In this document: positions 39,106 to 48,678 of the stretch, in pieces
How the letters are laid out: the number at the start of each line of letters is the position of its first letter
Position numbering within the stretch: position 1 is the first letter of the stretch
From: Polyangiaceae bacterium
GTDB lineage: Bacteria > Myxococcota_A > Polyangia > Polyangiales > Polyangiaceae
Assembly: GCA_035063585.1 (NCBI GenBank)
Contig: JAPSGB010000029.1
Span: 1 to 60,381 of the forward strand
Direction of reading: 5' to 3'
Length of the DNA stretch: 60,381 nt
Made by a program: the position numbers and the translations under genes
The notes under the pieces: generated by a model
The model's input: only the letters and a program-made list of their open reading frames with translations
Database searches by the model: none
What the model was told of the DNA's origin: nothing

Positions 39106-39837
39106 ATGTCGCGAGTGGTTCGGGTCGCCGTCGAGGGCTTGGCCGCGGGTGAGCGGGTCCTCGATCCGGAGGCCTCTCACTATCTGGTGCGGGTCCACCG
39201 ACTGCGCGCCGGCGACGCCTTCGTCGCCTTCGATCCGTCCGCTGAGCTCGAGGCCGACGCGGTGCTCTCGAGCGACGACGCCCGAGGCGCGCGGATGGTG
39301 GTCGAGGCGTCGCGGCCGGCGTCGCGGCGCGTCCCCTTCCGCGTCACTCTGCTCCAGGGACTCGGCAAGGGCGACAAGCTCGAGCAGGTCGTGCGCGACG
39401 CGACCGCGCTCGGCGCGCGTCGAGTGGTCGCGGTCGCGACCGAGCGCAGCGTGGTGCGGCTCGACGCCCTGCGCGGCGCCTCGAAGCGCCAGCGGCTCGA
39501 GAGCGTCGCGGCCGAGGCGGCGCGCCAGTCGGGGCGAGGCGACGTGCCCGCCATCGACGGCCCGCTCGCGCTCGACGCGGCCCTCGCCTCGCTCGACCCC
39601 GGCGGGCTGCGCGCGGTGCTCGATCCGCGCGCGGGCCGGCCGGTGGCCGCGCTCCCGTGGGAGCCGACCGAGCCGGCGGCGCTCCTCGTCGGGCCCGAGG
39701 GCGGGCTCACCCTCGCCGAGGTCGAGCGGGCCCGCGCGGCCGGCTTCGAGCCGGCGCGGCTCGGGCCCCTCGTCCTTCGCACCGAGACCGCCGCGGTGGT
39801 CGCACTTTCTGCGCTCGTCACCCGGGTCGACTGGTAG
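39106..39837 (+). CDS. rsmE: 16S rRNA m3U1498 methyltransferase
   Basis: 'HYLVRVHRL', 'KGDKLE', 'EAARQSGR', 'VGPEGG', 'LGPLVLRTETA'. Confidence 0.95.
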   Translation: MSRVVRVAVEGLAAGERVLDPEASHYLVRVHRLRAGDAFVAFDPSAELEADAVLSSDDARGARMVVEASRPASRRVPFRVTLLQGLGKGDKLEQVVRDATALGARRVVAVATERSVVRLDALRGASKRQRLESVAAEAARQSGRGDVPAIDGPLALDAALASLDPGGLRAVLDPRAGRPVAALPWEPTEPAALLVGPEGGLTLAEVERARAAGFEPARLGPLVLRTETAAVVALSALVTRVDW

Positions 39838-39943
39838 CATCGGCGGAAAATCCGCGAGGAACCGAGGAACCGCGCGACGGACGCGCCCGCGTCCGTCGCG
39901 ATCGCGGTAGCATCGGCGGCAAGTCCGCGAGGAACCGAGGAAC
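39833..39943 (+). repeat. 38-bp direct repeat pair (2 mismatches) enclosing a 35-bp segment with a perfect hairpin
   Basis: GGTAGCATCGGCGG(A/C)AA(A/G)TCCGCGAGGAACCGAGGAAC at 39833-39870 and 39906-39943; CGCGACGGACGCG-cc-CGCGTCCGTCGCG between them. Confidence 0.9.
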
Positions 39944-39945
39944 TG

Positions 39946-40353
39946 ATGACTCACAGCCCGAAGCTCCGCATCCTGGTCGCCAAGCCCGGCCTCGACGGCC
40001 ACGATCGAGGCGCGAAGGTCGTGGCGCGTGCGCTCCGCGACGCGGGGTTCGAGGTCGTGTACACCGGCCTCCACCAGACGCCGGAGATGATCGCGAGCGC
40101 CGCCGTGCAGGAGGACGTGGACGCGGTCGGGCTCTCGATCATGAGCGGCGCGCACAACACGCTCTTCCCGGCGGTTCGCGCTGCGCTCGACGCGCGCGGC
40201 GCCGATGACATCGCGGTGTTTGGGGGAGGCATCGTCCCCGACGAGGATCTGCCGCGGCTCGCCGCCGCGGGCGTGAAGAAGGTGTTCAAGCCCGGCACGA
40301 CGCTCGACGAGATCGTCACCTGGGTGCGCGGCAACATCACCCCGCACGCCTGA
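39946..40353 (+). CDS. Cobalamin-binding subunit of methylmalonyl-CoA mutase family
   Basis: '[25 protein letters not shown]', 'GLSIMSGAH', 'GGGIVP'. Confidence 0.95.
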   Translation: MTHSPKLRILVAKPGLDGHDRGAKVVARALRDAGFEVVYTGLHQTPEMIASAAVQEDVDAVGLSIMSGAHNTLFPAVRAALDARGADDIAVFGGGIVPDEDLPRLAAAGVKKVFKPGTTLDEIVTWVRGNITPHA

Positions 40354-40480
40354 GCGGCGTGTGTCCGCCGGGACACGCGGTCCGGCTCCGAAGGGCACGG
40401 GCGCTCGGCCCCGCAGCGGCGCTTCGCGGCGCGATCCGCCGCCCGCGCCGCGAGGTATGTCGCTTGCGTAGCGGAGCGAC

Positions 40481-40615
40481 ATGGCCCTCGTCTCGCTCTT
40501 GCCCGCGGTGGTCGCGCTCGCGCTCTTCGCCGGGACCCTCCGGCTGAGAGGTGGCGGCCCCGCTCGAGGGCCGGCTCGCCAGCGGCCGAGCCGGAGCACC
40601 ACGCGGTCTTCGTGA
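40481..40615 (+). CDS. Putative 44-aa single-TM small protein (MALVSLLPAVVALALFAGTLRLRG...)
   Basis: GGAG before ATG; hydrophobic helix then a basic tail; mostly G/C third positions in the first 22 codons. Confidence 0.35.
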   Translation: MALVSLLPAVVALALFAGTLRLRGGGPARGPARQRPSRSTTRSS

Positions 40616-40736
40616 AAATATGACCGGTCGACCGGTTTATTTTCGGCCAGGCTCCGACACTGAACGAAGGGTCATGTGGGACAGTGTAGAGCACGAAACC
40701 TCAAGTAATTTCTCAAGTAATCCTCCTGTCGACTTG

Positions 40737-40801
40737 TTGACACCTCAGCGACGGCCCCTTAGCGTCCGGGCACTTGGTGGGAAGGAGTGGGGCATAGTGC
40801 C
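40737..40801 (+). promoter_or_regulatory. dcw promoter (TTGACA-17-TAGCGT) with MraZ-type GTGGG boxes at 10-nt period
   Basis: GTGGG at 40777 and 40787, GTGCC at 40797, upstream of mraZ. Confidence 0.75.
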
Positions 40802-40830
40802 GCAGCTTCCCATCGAGTGTGCGAGAGCCG

Positions 40831-41280
40831 ATGTTCCGCGGGCAGTTCACTCACGCGATCGACGCCAAGGGACGCGTCAGCTTGCCCGCGCGATTTCGCG
40901 AGGCGGTGGCGCCCGCCGGCGACGCGCGCCTCATCGTGACTCCCGCGCCCTTCGACCCGTGCCTGCACGTCTATCCGATGCGCGCGTGGGAGGACTTCGA
41001 GGTGAAGATCAGCGAGCTGCCGCGGCTCGATCCGAACATCGTCCGCTTTCGTCGCCTCTACGTCTCGGCGGCGGTCGAGTGTGAGATCGATCGCGCCGGT
41101 CGCGTGCTGGTCCCGCCGCAGCTTCGCGAGCGCGCCGGCCTCACGCGCGACGTGCTCTGGGCCGGCATGGGCGGGAACATCGAGCTCTGGGCGAAGGAGC
41201 AGTGGGACTCCGCGCTCGCGCTCACTCCGGACGAGCACGCGGCGTTCCAGCGCGCGGTCATGGAGCAGATCCGGATATGA
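40831..41280 (+). CDS. mraZ: Division/cell wall cluster transcriptional repressor
   Basis: 'MFRGQFTHAIDAKGRVSLP', 'IDRAGRVLVP', 'IELW'. Confidence 0.97.
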   Translation: MFRGQFTHAIDAKGRVSLPARFREAVAPAGDARLIVTPAPFDPCLHVYPMRAWEDFEVKISELPRLDPNIVRFRRLYVSAAVECEIDRAGRVLVPPQLRERAGLTRDVLWAGMGGNIELWAKEQWDSALALTPDEHAAFQRAVMEQIRI

Positions 41281-42197
41281 CGATGGGCGCCGTCATCATC
41301 GAGCCGCCGCCGTCCTTCGAGCACACGACCGTGTTGCTCGCCGAGGTGAGCCGCGCGCTCGCGCCGGAGGATGGCGGCGTGTACCTCGACGTGACCGCGG
41401 GCGGCGGCGGCCACTCGGCTGCGCTGCTCGAGGCGTCCGCCGGCGCGCGCGTCATCGCTTGCGATCGCGACCCGGCGGCGGTCGCCGCAGCGCGCGCGCG
41501 GCTCGCTCCGTTCGGCAGCCGCGCGCGGGTCGAGCGGGTGGACTTCGCCGGCGTCGAGGCGCGCCTCGCCGAGCTCGGCGTCGGCCCGGTGAGCGGGCTC
41601 GTCGCGGACCTGGGCGTGAGCTCCCATCAGCTCGCCGACGCCGAGCGTGGCATGAGCTTTCGGGTCACCGGTCCGCTCGACATGCGCATGGACCCGGACT
41701 CCGGCGAGACCGCGCTCGAGCTCATCGTGCGGCTCACCCAGGACGAGCTCGCGAACGTGCTCTTCGAGCTCGGGGAAGAGCGGCGCTCTCGGCGGGTCGC
41801 GCGCTGCATCAAGCAAGCGCTCGAGGCGGGCGAGCTCACCACCACGTCGGATCTCCGGCGCGCCGTGGTGCGCGCGGTCGGCCCGCGACGCGTCGGCGGA
41901 ATCGATCCCGCGACGCGCACCTTCCAGGCGCTCCGCATCGCGGTAAATGGCGAGCTCGACCAGCTCCGGACGCTCCTGGCGATGGCCGCGCGGGTGCTCC
42001 GGCCCGGCGGGGTCGCGGCGATCATCAGCTTTCACTCGCTCGAGGATCGGATCGTCAAACGAACCTTCCGCGAATCGGAGCACTGGGAGCCGGTCACCAA
42101 GAAGCCTGTCGTCGCCAGCGAGGCGGAGCAAGCGGAGAACCCTCGCTCGCGGAGCGCGAAGCTCCGCGTGGCGCGGCTCGGAGCTTCGCCGTCATGA
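41277..42197 (+). CDS. rsmH: 16S rRNA m4C1402 methyltransferase
   Basis: 'GGGGHS', 'DLGVSSHQL', 'PLDMRMD', 'ATRTFQALRIAVN', 'SFHSLEDR', 'NPRSRSAKLR'. Confidence 0.97.
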   Translation: MTMGAVIIEPPPSFEHTTVLLAEVSRALAPEDGGVYLDVTAGGGGHSAALLEASAGARVIACDRDPAAVAAARARLAPFGSRARVERVDFAGVEARLAELGVGPVSGLVADLGVSSHQLADAERGMSFRVTGPLDMRMDPDSGETALELIVRLTQDELANVLFELGEERRSRRVARCIKQALEAGELTTTSDLRRAVVRAVGPRRVGGIDPATRTFQALRIAVNGELDQLRTLLAMAARVLRPGGVAAIISFHSLEDRIVKRTFRESEHWEPVTKKPVVASEAEQAENPRSRSAKLRVARLGASPS

Positions 42198-42526
42198 CCG
42201 CCTCGCGCTCGTTCCTCGCGCTCTGGACGCTCGCGGTGTGCGCGGCCACCTGCGCGTTCCTGCTCTACCTCGGGCTGCGGGTGCGCTCGGTGGAGCTCGG
42301 CTACGAGCTCGGGCGCGCGCACGCGCGCGTCGCGAGGCTCCGCGAGGTCAAGCGAGTGCTCGAGCTCGAGCTGTCGAGCCACAAGACGCCGGAGCGCGTC
42401 GATCTCGTCGCCCGCTCGCTGCTCGGGATGTCCGAGCCGTCTCCCGACCGGATCCTGCCGGCGGGCGAGCTGCCGGACGACGCCGCCGAGCCGCCGGCGG
42501 GAGACTCGAGCGAGGACGCGCCGTGA
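42194..42526 (+). CDS. ftsL: Cell division protein FtsL
   Basis: TM plus coiled coil, 'PERVDLVARSLLGM'; lies between rsmH and ftsI. Confidence 0.85.
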   Translation: MTASRSFLALWTLAVCAATCAFLLYLGLRVRSVELGYELGRAHARVARLREVKRVLELELSSHKTPERVDLVARSLLGMSEPSPDRILPAGELPDDAAEPPAGDSSEDAP

Positions 42527-44601
42527 GGAGCCTCGACACCCCGCGCTGGCGCTGGATTCGCCTCCGCATGGCGCTCCTGTGCGGGGTGCTCGCGTTCGGT
42601 CTCGGGCTGATCGTGGCGTCGGGTTTCGACCTGATGGTGACCGACGGTCCGGCGTGGCGCGAGCTCGCCGAGCGGCAGCGTCAGCGACGCCTGCACGTGA
42701 CGCCGAAGCGCGGCACCATCTATGATCGCAACGGGAGCGCGCTCGCGGTGAGCGTCGAGGTGCCGAGCGTCAGCATGGACTCGGTCGAGCTCCTGCGCGG
42801 CGTGCCGCCCCAGCAGATCCCGGTCGTCGCCCGTGACGCCGCGAACCGGATCGCCCGCGCGCTCAGCCTCGACCCCGCCGTGGTCGAGCGTCGCATCCTC
42901 GGTATGCGCCGCTTCACCTGGCTGAAGCGGCGTATCACCGCGGCGGAGGCCGAAGCGGTCCGCGCGCTCTCGGCGACCAAGGGCAACCCGGCGAGGCCCA
43001 TCCGCGGGCTGTCGGTGGAAGGCGAGGGGAAGCGGTACTACCCGCGTCGCGAGCTCGCCGGCACGCTCATGGGTTTCGTGGCGCCCGACGGCGAAGGCAA
43101 GGACGGCTTCGAGCTCAGCATGAACCGCGAGCTCAAGGGGAACGTCGAGCAGCTCCGCGGGCTACGCGATCGCGCCGGTCGCCTGCTCTTCTCGGACGGG
43201 ATCGAGGACGAGCGGGCGCTGGCGGGTCACAACGTCGAGCTCAGCATCGACCAGGGGATCCAGTACGTCGCCGAGCGAGAGCTCGCGGGCGCGGCGCGGA
43301 CCTTCGAGGCGGCGGGCGGGTCGGTCATCGTCGTGAAGCCCGACACCGGCGAGATCCTCGCGATGGCGAGCTGGCCCAGCTACAACCCGAACGACTACAC
43401 CGAGAGCGAGCCCGACCAGCGACGCGATCGGGGCCTCACCGACTCGTTCGAGCCGGGGTCGAGCCTCAAGATGTTCACCGTCTCCATCGGGCTCGCTCGA
43501 GGAGCCATCACGCCCACGCAGAAGCTCTACTGCGAGAAGGGCATGATGCAGATCGACAACGTCACCATTCGCGACACCCACCCCTCGGGCTGGCTCAGCT
43601 TGCCCCAGGTCCTCGCGCTCTCGTCGAACATCTGCGCGGCGAAGATCGGCCTCGCGCTCGGCGGAGACAAACTCTACGAGGGGCTACGCCGCTTCGGCTT
43701 CGGTGAGGAGACCGCCATCCCGCTGCCCGGCGAGTCGACCGGCACGCTGCGTCCGCGTGGGCGCCCGTGGGTCGCGGTGGAGACCGCCGCCGCCTCGTTC
43801 GGACAGGGTATCAGCGTCACCAACCTTCAGATGGCCATGGGCGCCGCGGCCATCGCCAACGGTGGCAAGCTGATGGAGCCCATCCTGGTACGCAAGGTCA
43901 CGACCGCGACCGGCGAGGTGGTGCGCGAAGCCGCGCCGCGCGAGCGCCGCCGGGTCATCCCGGCGACGGTGGCCCGCACGGTCGCCGAGATGATGGTGTC
44001 GGTCACCGAGGGCGAGGGCACCGGCGTGAACGCCGCGATCGATGGCTACAAGATCGCGGGGAAGACCGCGACCGCGCAGAAGACCGATCCTGCCACCGGA
44101 CGATACTCGCTCGACAAGTACGTCGCGTCCTTCGTCGGCTTCGTCCCCGCGGATCACCCGGTGGTGGCGATCTCGGTGATGGTCGACGAGCCCATGGTCG
44201 ATCACGCTGGCGGCACGGTCGCCGCGCCCGTGTTCCGCGGCGTCGCGCAGATGGCGCTCAAGTACTTCGGGCTCCGTCCTCGAGGGACCGCGCCGGTGGA
44301 CGTGGCGTCGCTCGCGCGGGCGCCGGACCGAGCCAACGCAGCCTACGCGGCGATCCGCGCCGCCGAGGGGCTCGCGCCCGCGGTGCAGACCGTGGTCGCT
44401 ACCGGGCCCGTGCCAGCGGGAAAGGTGCGGGTGCCCGACATGACCGGCTGGCCCATCCGCCAGGCGGTGCGGCAAGCGATCGAGCTCGGCGTCCGCCCGA
44501 CCATCCAAGGCAGCGGGCTGCTGTCCCGTCAGGTCCCGGCGCCGGGCGGGGTGCTCGACAAGGGCCAGAACCTCCTCCTCGTGTTCGAGCCGGCCACATG
44601 A
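42523..44601 (+). CDS. ftsI: Peptidoglycan transpeptidase FtsI/PBP3 with C-terminal PASTA
   Basis: 'RGTIYDRNG', SxxK 'EPGSSLK', 'SSN', 'GKTATAQK', PASTA 'VPDMTG'. Confidence 0.95.
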   Translation: MRSLDTPRWRWIRLRMALLCGVLAFGLGLIVASGFDLMVTDGPAWRELAERQRQRRLHVTPKRGTIYDRNGSALAVSVEVPSVSMDSVELLRGVPPQQIPVVARDAANRIARALSLDPAVVERRILGMRRFTWLKRRITAAEAEAVRALSATKGNPARPIRGLSVEGEGKRYYPRRELAGTLMGFVAPDGEGKDGFELSMNRELKGNVEQLRGLRDRAGRLLFSDGIEDERALAGHNVELSIDQGIQYVAERELAGAARTFEAAGGSVIVVKPDTGEILAMASWPSYNPNDYTESEPDQRRDRGLTDSFEPGSSLKMFTVSIGLARGAITPTQKLYCEKGMMQIDNVTIRDTHPSGWLSLPQVLALSSNICAAKIGLALGGDKLYEGLRRFGFGEETAIPLPGESTGTLRPRGRPWVAVETAAASFGQGISVTNLQMAMGAAAIANGGKLMEPILVRKVTTATGEVVREAAPRERRRVIPATVARTVAEMMVSVTEGEGTGVNAAIDGYKIAGKTATAQKTDPATGRYSLDKYVASFVGFVPADHPVVAISVMVDEPMVDHAGGTVAAPVFRGVAQMALKYFGLRPRGTAPVDVASLARAPDRANAAYAAIRAAEGLAPAVQTVVATGPVPAGKVRVPDMTGWPIRQAVRQAIELGVRPTIQGSGLLSRQVPAPGGVLDKGQNLLLVFEPAT

Positions 44602-46118
44602 TGAGCTCCTCCGCGCCGCGCAGTTCGGGCTCGCCCGGGATCGAGCTCGGTCGACTGTGCGTCGAGCTCGAGTCGGTGTCGGCTCGCGTGCTCGGGGAGC
44701 GTCAGGTTCGCGTGCTCGACGTGCGTCAGGACTCGCGCAAGGTCCGGCGAGGAGATCTCTTCGTGGCGCGCGCCGGCGCCCGCTCGAACGGGGTCGAGCA
44801 CGCGCGCGACGCGGTCGCGCGCGGGGCCTCCGCGGTCATGATCGAGCGCGGAGCCGTCCCGGCCGTGAACGTCCCGCTCATCGAGGTCGAGGACATTCGA
44901 CGGGCCATCGGCCTCGCCGCAGAGGCCGTTCACGGTCATCCGAGCCGCGCCCTCCGCGTGATCGGCATCACTGGCACCAACGGCAAGACCACCAGCTCGT
45001 GCCTGGTGCAGTCGGCCATCGACGGTGCCGGCGCTTCGTGCGGGAGGCTCGGCACGCTCGGCTACGCGCTCGGCGTCGATCGAGTCGACTCACCGCTCAC
45101 CACTCCGGAGGCCGACGAGCTCAGCCGCTACGCCGCCCGCGTGCGGGAGCGCGGCGGAACGCACCTCGTGATGGAGGTGTCGAGCCACGCGCTCGCCCAG
45201 GCTCGCGCCGACGCGCTCACCTTCGCGGTGGCTGCCTTCACGAACCTCACCCAGGACCACCTCGACTTCCACGGCTCGCTCGAGCGCTACGCCGAGGCAA
45301 AGACTCGGCTCTTCACCGAGCTCCAGCCGGGAGCGAGCGTCGTCAACGTCGACGACCCGGTGGGGCAGGCCATCGCCCGCGTGGCGCGAGGGCGGACGCT
45401 CCGCGTCGGGCGCCGCGCCGACGCCGACGTCCGCCCGGTCGAGTACTCGCTCGACGCGCGGGGGCTTCGGGCGCGGGTCGCGACCCCGGCGGGCGAGGTC
45501 GAGCTCGTGAGCCGCCTGGTCGGCGAGCACAACCTCGACAACCTCCTGCTCGTGCTGGGCGTGATCGTCGCGCTCGAGCTCGACGTCGGGCGGGCCGCGG
45601 CGGCGATGGCGCACGCCCCCGCCGTGCCCGGGCGCCTCGAGCGCTGCGACGTCCCGGTCGACGATCTGGTCGTGCTGGTCGACTACGCCCACACGCCCGA
45701 TGCGCTCGAGCGCGCGCTCGCGGCGGTGCGCGGGCTCTCCGAGGGCCAGGTCATCTGCGTGTTCGGCTGCGGCGGAGACCGCGACCCCTTCAAGCGCCCG
45801 AAGATGGGCGAGCGCGTGGGGCGAGGCGCGGATCGCGCCATCATCACCAACGACAACCCGCGCTCCGAGGAGCCGAGCCTCATCGCGAGCGCAATCGAGG
45901 CCGGGCTCGCTCCATCGAGCATCCCCTACGAGGTCGAGCTCGACCGCGCGCTCGCCATCGAGCGCGCGATCGCCGAGGCGGCGCCGGGCGATGTGGTGCT
46001 CATCGCCGGCAAGGGGCATGAGCCGTACCAGCTCATCGGCGGCGAGCGCCACGACTTCGACGACCGGGTGCACGCGCGCCGCGCGCTGGCCCGGCGCCGC
46101 GAGAGGGCCGGACGCTGA
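44598..46118 (+). CDS. murE: UDP-MurNAc-tripeptide synthetase (meso-DAP type)
   Basis: 'GITGTNGKTT', 'MEVSSH', 'TNLTQDHLDFH', 'DYAHTPD', 'DNPR', 'AGKGHE'. Confidence 0.96.
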   Translation: MMSSSAPRSSGSPGIELGRLCVELESVSARVLGERQVRVLDVRQDSRKVRRGDLFVARAGARSNGVEHARDAVARGASAVMIERGAVPAVNVPLIEVEDIRRAIGLAAEAVHGHPSRALRVIGITGTNGKTTSSCLVQSAIDGAGASCGRLGTLGYALGVDRVDSPLTTPEADELSRYAARVRERGGTHLVMEVSSHALAQARADALTFAVAAFTNLTQDHLDFHGSLERYAEAKTRLFTELQPGASVVNVDDPVGQAIARVARGRTLRVGRRADADVRPVEYSLDARGLRARVATPAGEVELVSRLVGEHNLDNLLLVLGVIVALELDVGRAAAAMAHAPAVPGRLERCDVPVDDLVVLVDYAHTPDALERALAAVRGLSEGQVICVFGCGGDRDPFKRPKMGERVGRGADRAIITNDNPRSEEPSLIASAIEAGLAPSSIPYEVELDRALAIERAIAEAAPGDVVLIAGKGHEPYQLIGGERHDFDDRVHARRALARRRERAGR

Positions 46119-47551
46119 TGGCGACCGAGATCCCGCAGAACCGCGCCGCGTTCAGCCTCGACGAGGTGCTCCGGGCCAGCTCCGGGCGCCTGCTCGGCGA
46201 GCCCGGCGGGGACGTTCGCGGCGTCGCGACCGACACCCGAGCGTCGCTCGCGGGCAAGCTCTTCGTCGCGCTCCGTGGAGAGCGCTTCGACGGGCACGAC
46301 TTCCTGGACCGCGCGGTCGGCGCGGGAGCCGCGGCGCTGCTCGTGGAGCGCGAGCCGGAGCGGGACCTCGGGGTGCCCGTGGTGCTGGTGGACTCGAGCC
46401 TCGCTGCGCTCGGCGCGCTCGCCGGGCTCTACCGCAAGCGGTGGGGCGGGACCGTGGTCGCGGTGGGAGGCTCGGCGGGTAAGACGACCACGCGCAGCGC
46501 CATCACCGCCGTCCTCGACGAGGTGATGCCCGGAGCGGTGCACTACGCGCGCGGCAACTTGAACAACCGCGTCGGCGTGCCGATGGTGCTCTTCGGAGCG
46601 CTCCCCGAGCACCGCGTCGTGGTCCTCGAGATCGGCACCAATCAGCCGGGCGAGGTGGCCGCGCTCGCGCGCGCGAGCGCGCCGGAGCTCGCCGTCGTGA
46701 CCTTGATCGGCATGGAGCACGCGGAGGGGCTCGGTGACCTCGACGCCATCGAAGCGGAGGAAGGCGAGCTCTTCGCGGCGCTGCCCGCCTCGGGGGTCGC
46801 CGTCGGCAACGGGGACGATCCGCGTGTGCGGAGGCAGCTCGCCCGCTCGCCGGCCGCGACGCGGGTCACCTACGGCACCCACGCCGGCTCGAGCTATCTG
46901 CTCGCCCGGCGCGCGCCTCGGGGGCTCGCGAGCACCGAAGTCGAGATCGAGCGCGCGGGCGGCTCGGTCGTCTTCGAGGCGGCCCTCATCGGCGAGGCGG
47001 GCGCGCTCGCGGTGACCGCCGCGCTCGCGGTGGCCGAGCGCCTCACGGCGCGTCTGCTCGACGCGGCGACCCTCGCGCGCGCGTTCGCCGCGGATCGCGT
47101 GGGCGAGCCGGGGCGCCTCCGCCCGGTCGAGCTCAGCGATGGGACGGTGCTCATCGACGACACCTACAACTCGAATCCCGCGAGCGTGCTCGCTTCGGTG
47201 GCGACGGCCCGCGAGATCGCGCGGGAGCGGGGCGCGCGGCTGATCCTCGTGCTCGGCGAGATGCGGGAGCTCGGCGCGGCGTCCGCCCGTGAGCACGACG
47301 GCGTGGGACGAGCGCTGCTCGCCTCGGAGCCGGCGGTGCTGGTCGGCGTGGCCGGCGACGCGCATCGCCTGGTGGCGCCGGCGCAGGCGGCGGGATGCGA
47401 CGCGGTCTTCGTCGAGGACGCGGAGAGCGCGCTCCCCGAGGTGCTCGGGCGGGTGCGCTCCGGAGACGTGGTCTTGGTCAAGGCCTCGCGCGGGGTCCGC
47501 GCCGAGCGCGTGGTCGAGGGGCTGGCGCGAGCGAGGGGAGGCGCGGCGTGA
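46118..47551 (+). CDS. murF: UDP-MurNAc-pentapeptide synthetase
   Basis: 'GERFDGHDF', 'GSAGKTTT', 'GNLNN', 'DDTYNSNP', 'GEMRELG', 'VKASRG'. Confidence 0.95.
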   Translation: MATEIPQNRAAFSLDEVLRASSGRLLGEPGGDVRGVATDTRASLAGKLFVALRGERFDGHDFLDRAVGAGAAALLVEREPERDLGVPVVLVDSSLAALGALAGLYRKRWGGTVVAVGGSAGKTTTRSAITAVLDEVMPGAVHYARGNLNNRVGVPMVLFGALPEHRVVVLEIGTNQPGEVAALARASAPELAVVTLIGMEHAEGLGDLDAIEAEEGELFAALPASGVAVGNGDDPRVRRQLARSPAATRVTYGTHAGSSYLLARRAPRGLASTEVEIERAGGSVVFEAALIGEAGALAVTAALAVAERLTARLLDAATLARAFAADRVGEPGRLRPVELSDGTVLIDDTYNSNPASVLASVATAREIARERGARLILVLGEMRELGAASAREHDGVGRALLASEPAVLVGVAGDAHRLVAPAQAAGCDAVFVEDAESALPEVLGRVRSGDVVLVKASRGVRAERVVEGLARARGGAA

Positions 47552-48678
47552 TCTACGAGCTCCTCTACCCGCTGAGCCAGCGCTTCGGCTGGGCGAGCGC
47601 GCTCAACGTGCTCCGCTATACGCCGTTTCGCGCGATCATGTCGACCATCACCGCGATGGTGATGTGTTTCGTCCTCGCGCCCTGGTTCATCCGTAAGCTG
47701 CGGGGCAAGCAGATCAGCCAGATCATCCGAGAAGAGGGGCCCTCGTCGCACCTCTCCAAGGCGGGCACTCCGACCATGGGCGGCGCGCTCATCCTGCTCG
47801 CGGTGCTGGTGCCAACCGTGCTCTGGGCGGACGTGAAGAACGTGTTCGTGCTGGTGACCGCCGCGGTGACGGCCGGCTACGGTGCCATCGGCTACCTCGA
47901 CGACCGGCTCAAGATCGTCGGTAAGAACACCCGCGGGCTGCCCGGGCGCTTCAAGCTCCTCGGTCAGGCGCTCATCGGTGGCGCGGCGCTCGGCTACGTG
48001 TTCCTCGACACCGCGCGGACGCCGGCCGGCTGGCAGCTGATCCGCACGCGGCTCGCGCTCCCGTTCGTCGCCTTCGACAAGCACCCGGTGGAGCTGCCGC
48101 TCTGGCTCTACCTCGCCTTCGCCGTGTTCGTGGTGGTGGCGATGAGCAACGCCGTGAACCTCACCGACGGCCTCGATGGGCTCGCCATAGGCCCGGTGAT
48201 GATCAACGCGGGCACCTACTCGGTCTGGGCCTACGTCGCGGGCTCGGTGCTCTTCGGGCGGCCGCTCGCGGCTTATCTCGACATCGCGGGGATCCCCGAG
48301 ATGAGCGAGCTCGCGGTCTACGGCGCCGCCGTCATCGGCGCGGGCGTAGGGTTTCTCTGGTATAACACCTATCCGGCGCAAGTCTTCATGGGGGACGTGG
48401 GCTCGCTCGCGCTCGGGGGAGGGCTCGGCATGATGGCCGTGCTCACCAAGAACGAGCTCCTCAGCGTCCTGCTCGGCGGGGTGTTCTTCGTCGAGGCGGT
48501 GAGCGTCATCACGCAGGTTGCCTCGTTCAAGCTGTTCGGCAAGCGCGTGTTTCTGATGGCGCCGATACACCACCACTACGAGAAGAAGGGATGGCCCGAG
48601 CCGCGCATCATCGTGAGGTTCTGGATCATCTCGATTTTGCTCGCTCTGGTCTCTCTCTCCTCGCTCAAGGTGCGGTGA
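47548..48678 (+). CDS. mraY: Phospho-MurNAc-pentapeptide transferase
   Basis: 'KAGTPTMGG', 'NAVNLTDGLDGL', 'FMGDVGS', 'MAPIHHHYE'. Confidence 0.97.
   Translation: MIYELLYPLSQRFGWASALNVLRYTPFRAIMSTITAMVMCFVLAPWFIRKLRGKQISQIIREEGPSSHLSKAGTPTMGGALILLAVLVPTVLWADVKNVFVLVTAAVTAGYGAIGYLDDRLKIVGKNTRGLPGRFKLLGQALIGGAALGYVFLDTARTPAGWQLIRTRLALPFVAFDKHPVELPLWLYLAFAVFVVVAMSNAVNLTDGLDGLAIGPVMINAGTYSVWAYVAGSVLFGRPLAAYLDIAGIPEMSELAVYGAAVIGAGVGFLWYNTYPAQVFMGDVGSLALGGGLGMMAVLTKNELLSVLLGGVFFVEAVSVITQVASFKLFGKRVFLMAPIHHHYEKKGWPEPRIIVRFWIISILLALVSLSSLKVR

Noticed and set aside
39833..39943. Calling the 38-bp repeat pair a CRISPR mini-array
   Set aside because: No similarity to the local repeat, the spacer is itself a palindrome, and the unit contains promoter and SD motifs; reported as an unexplained repeat instead.
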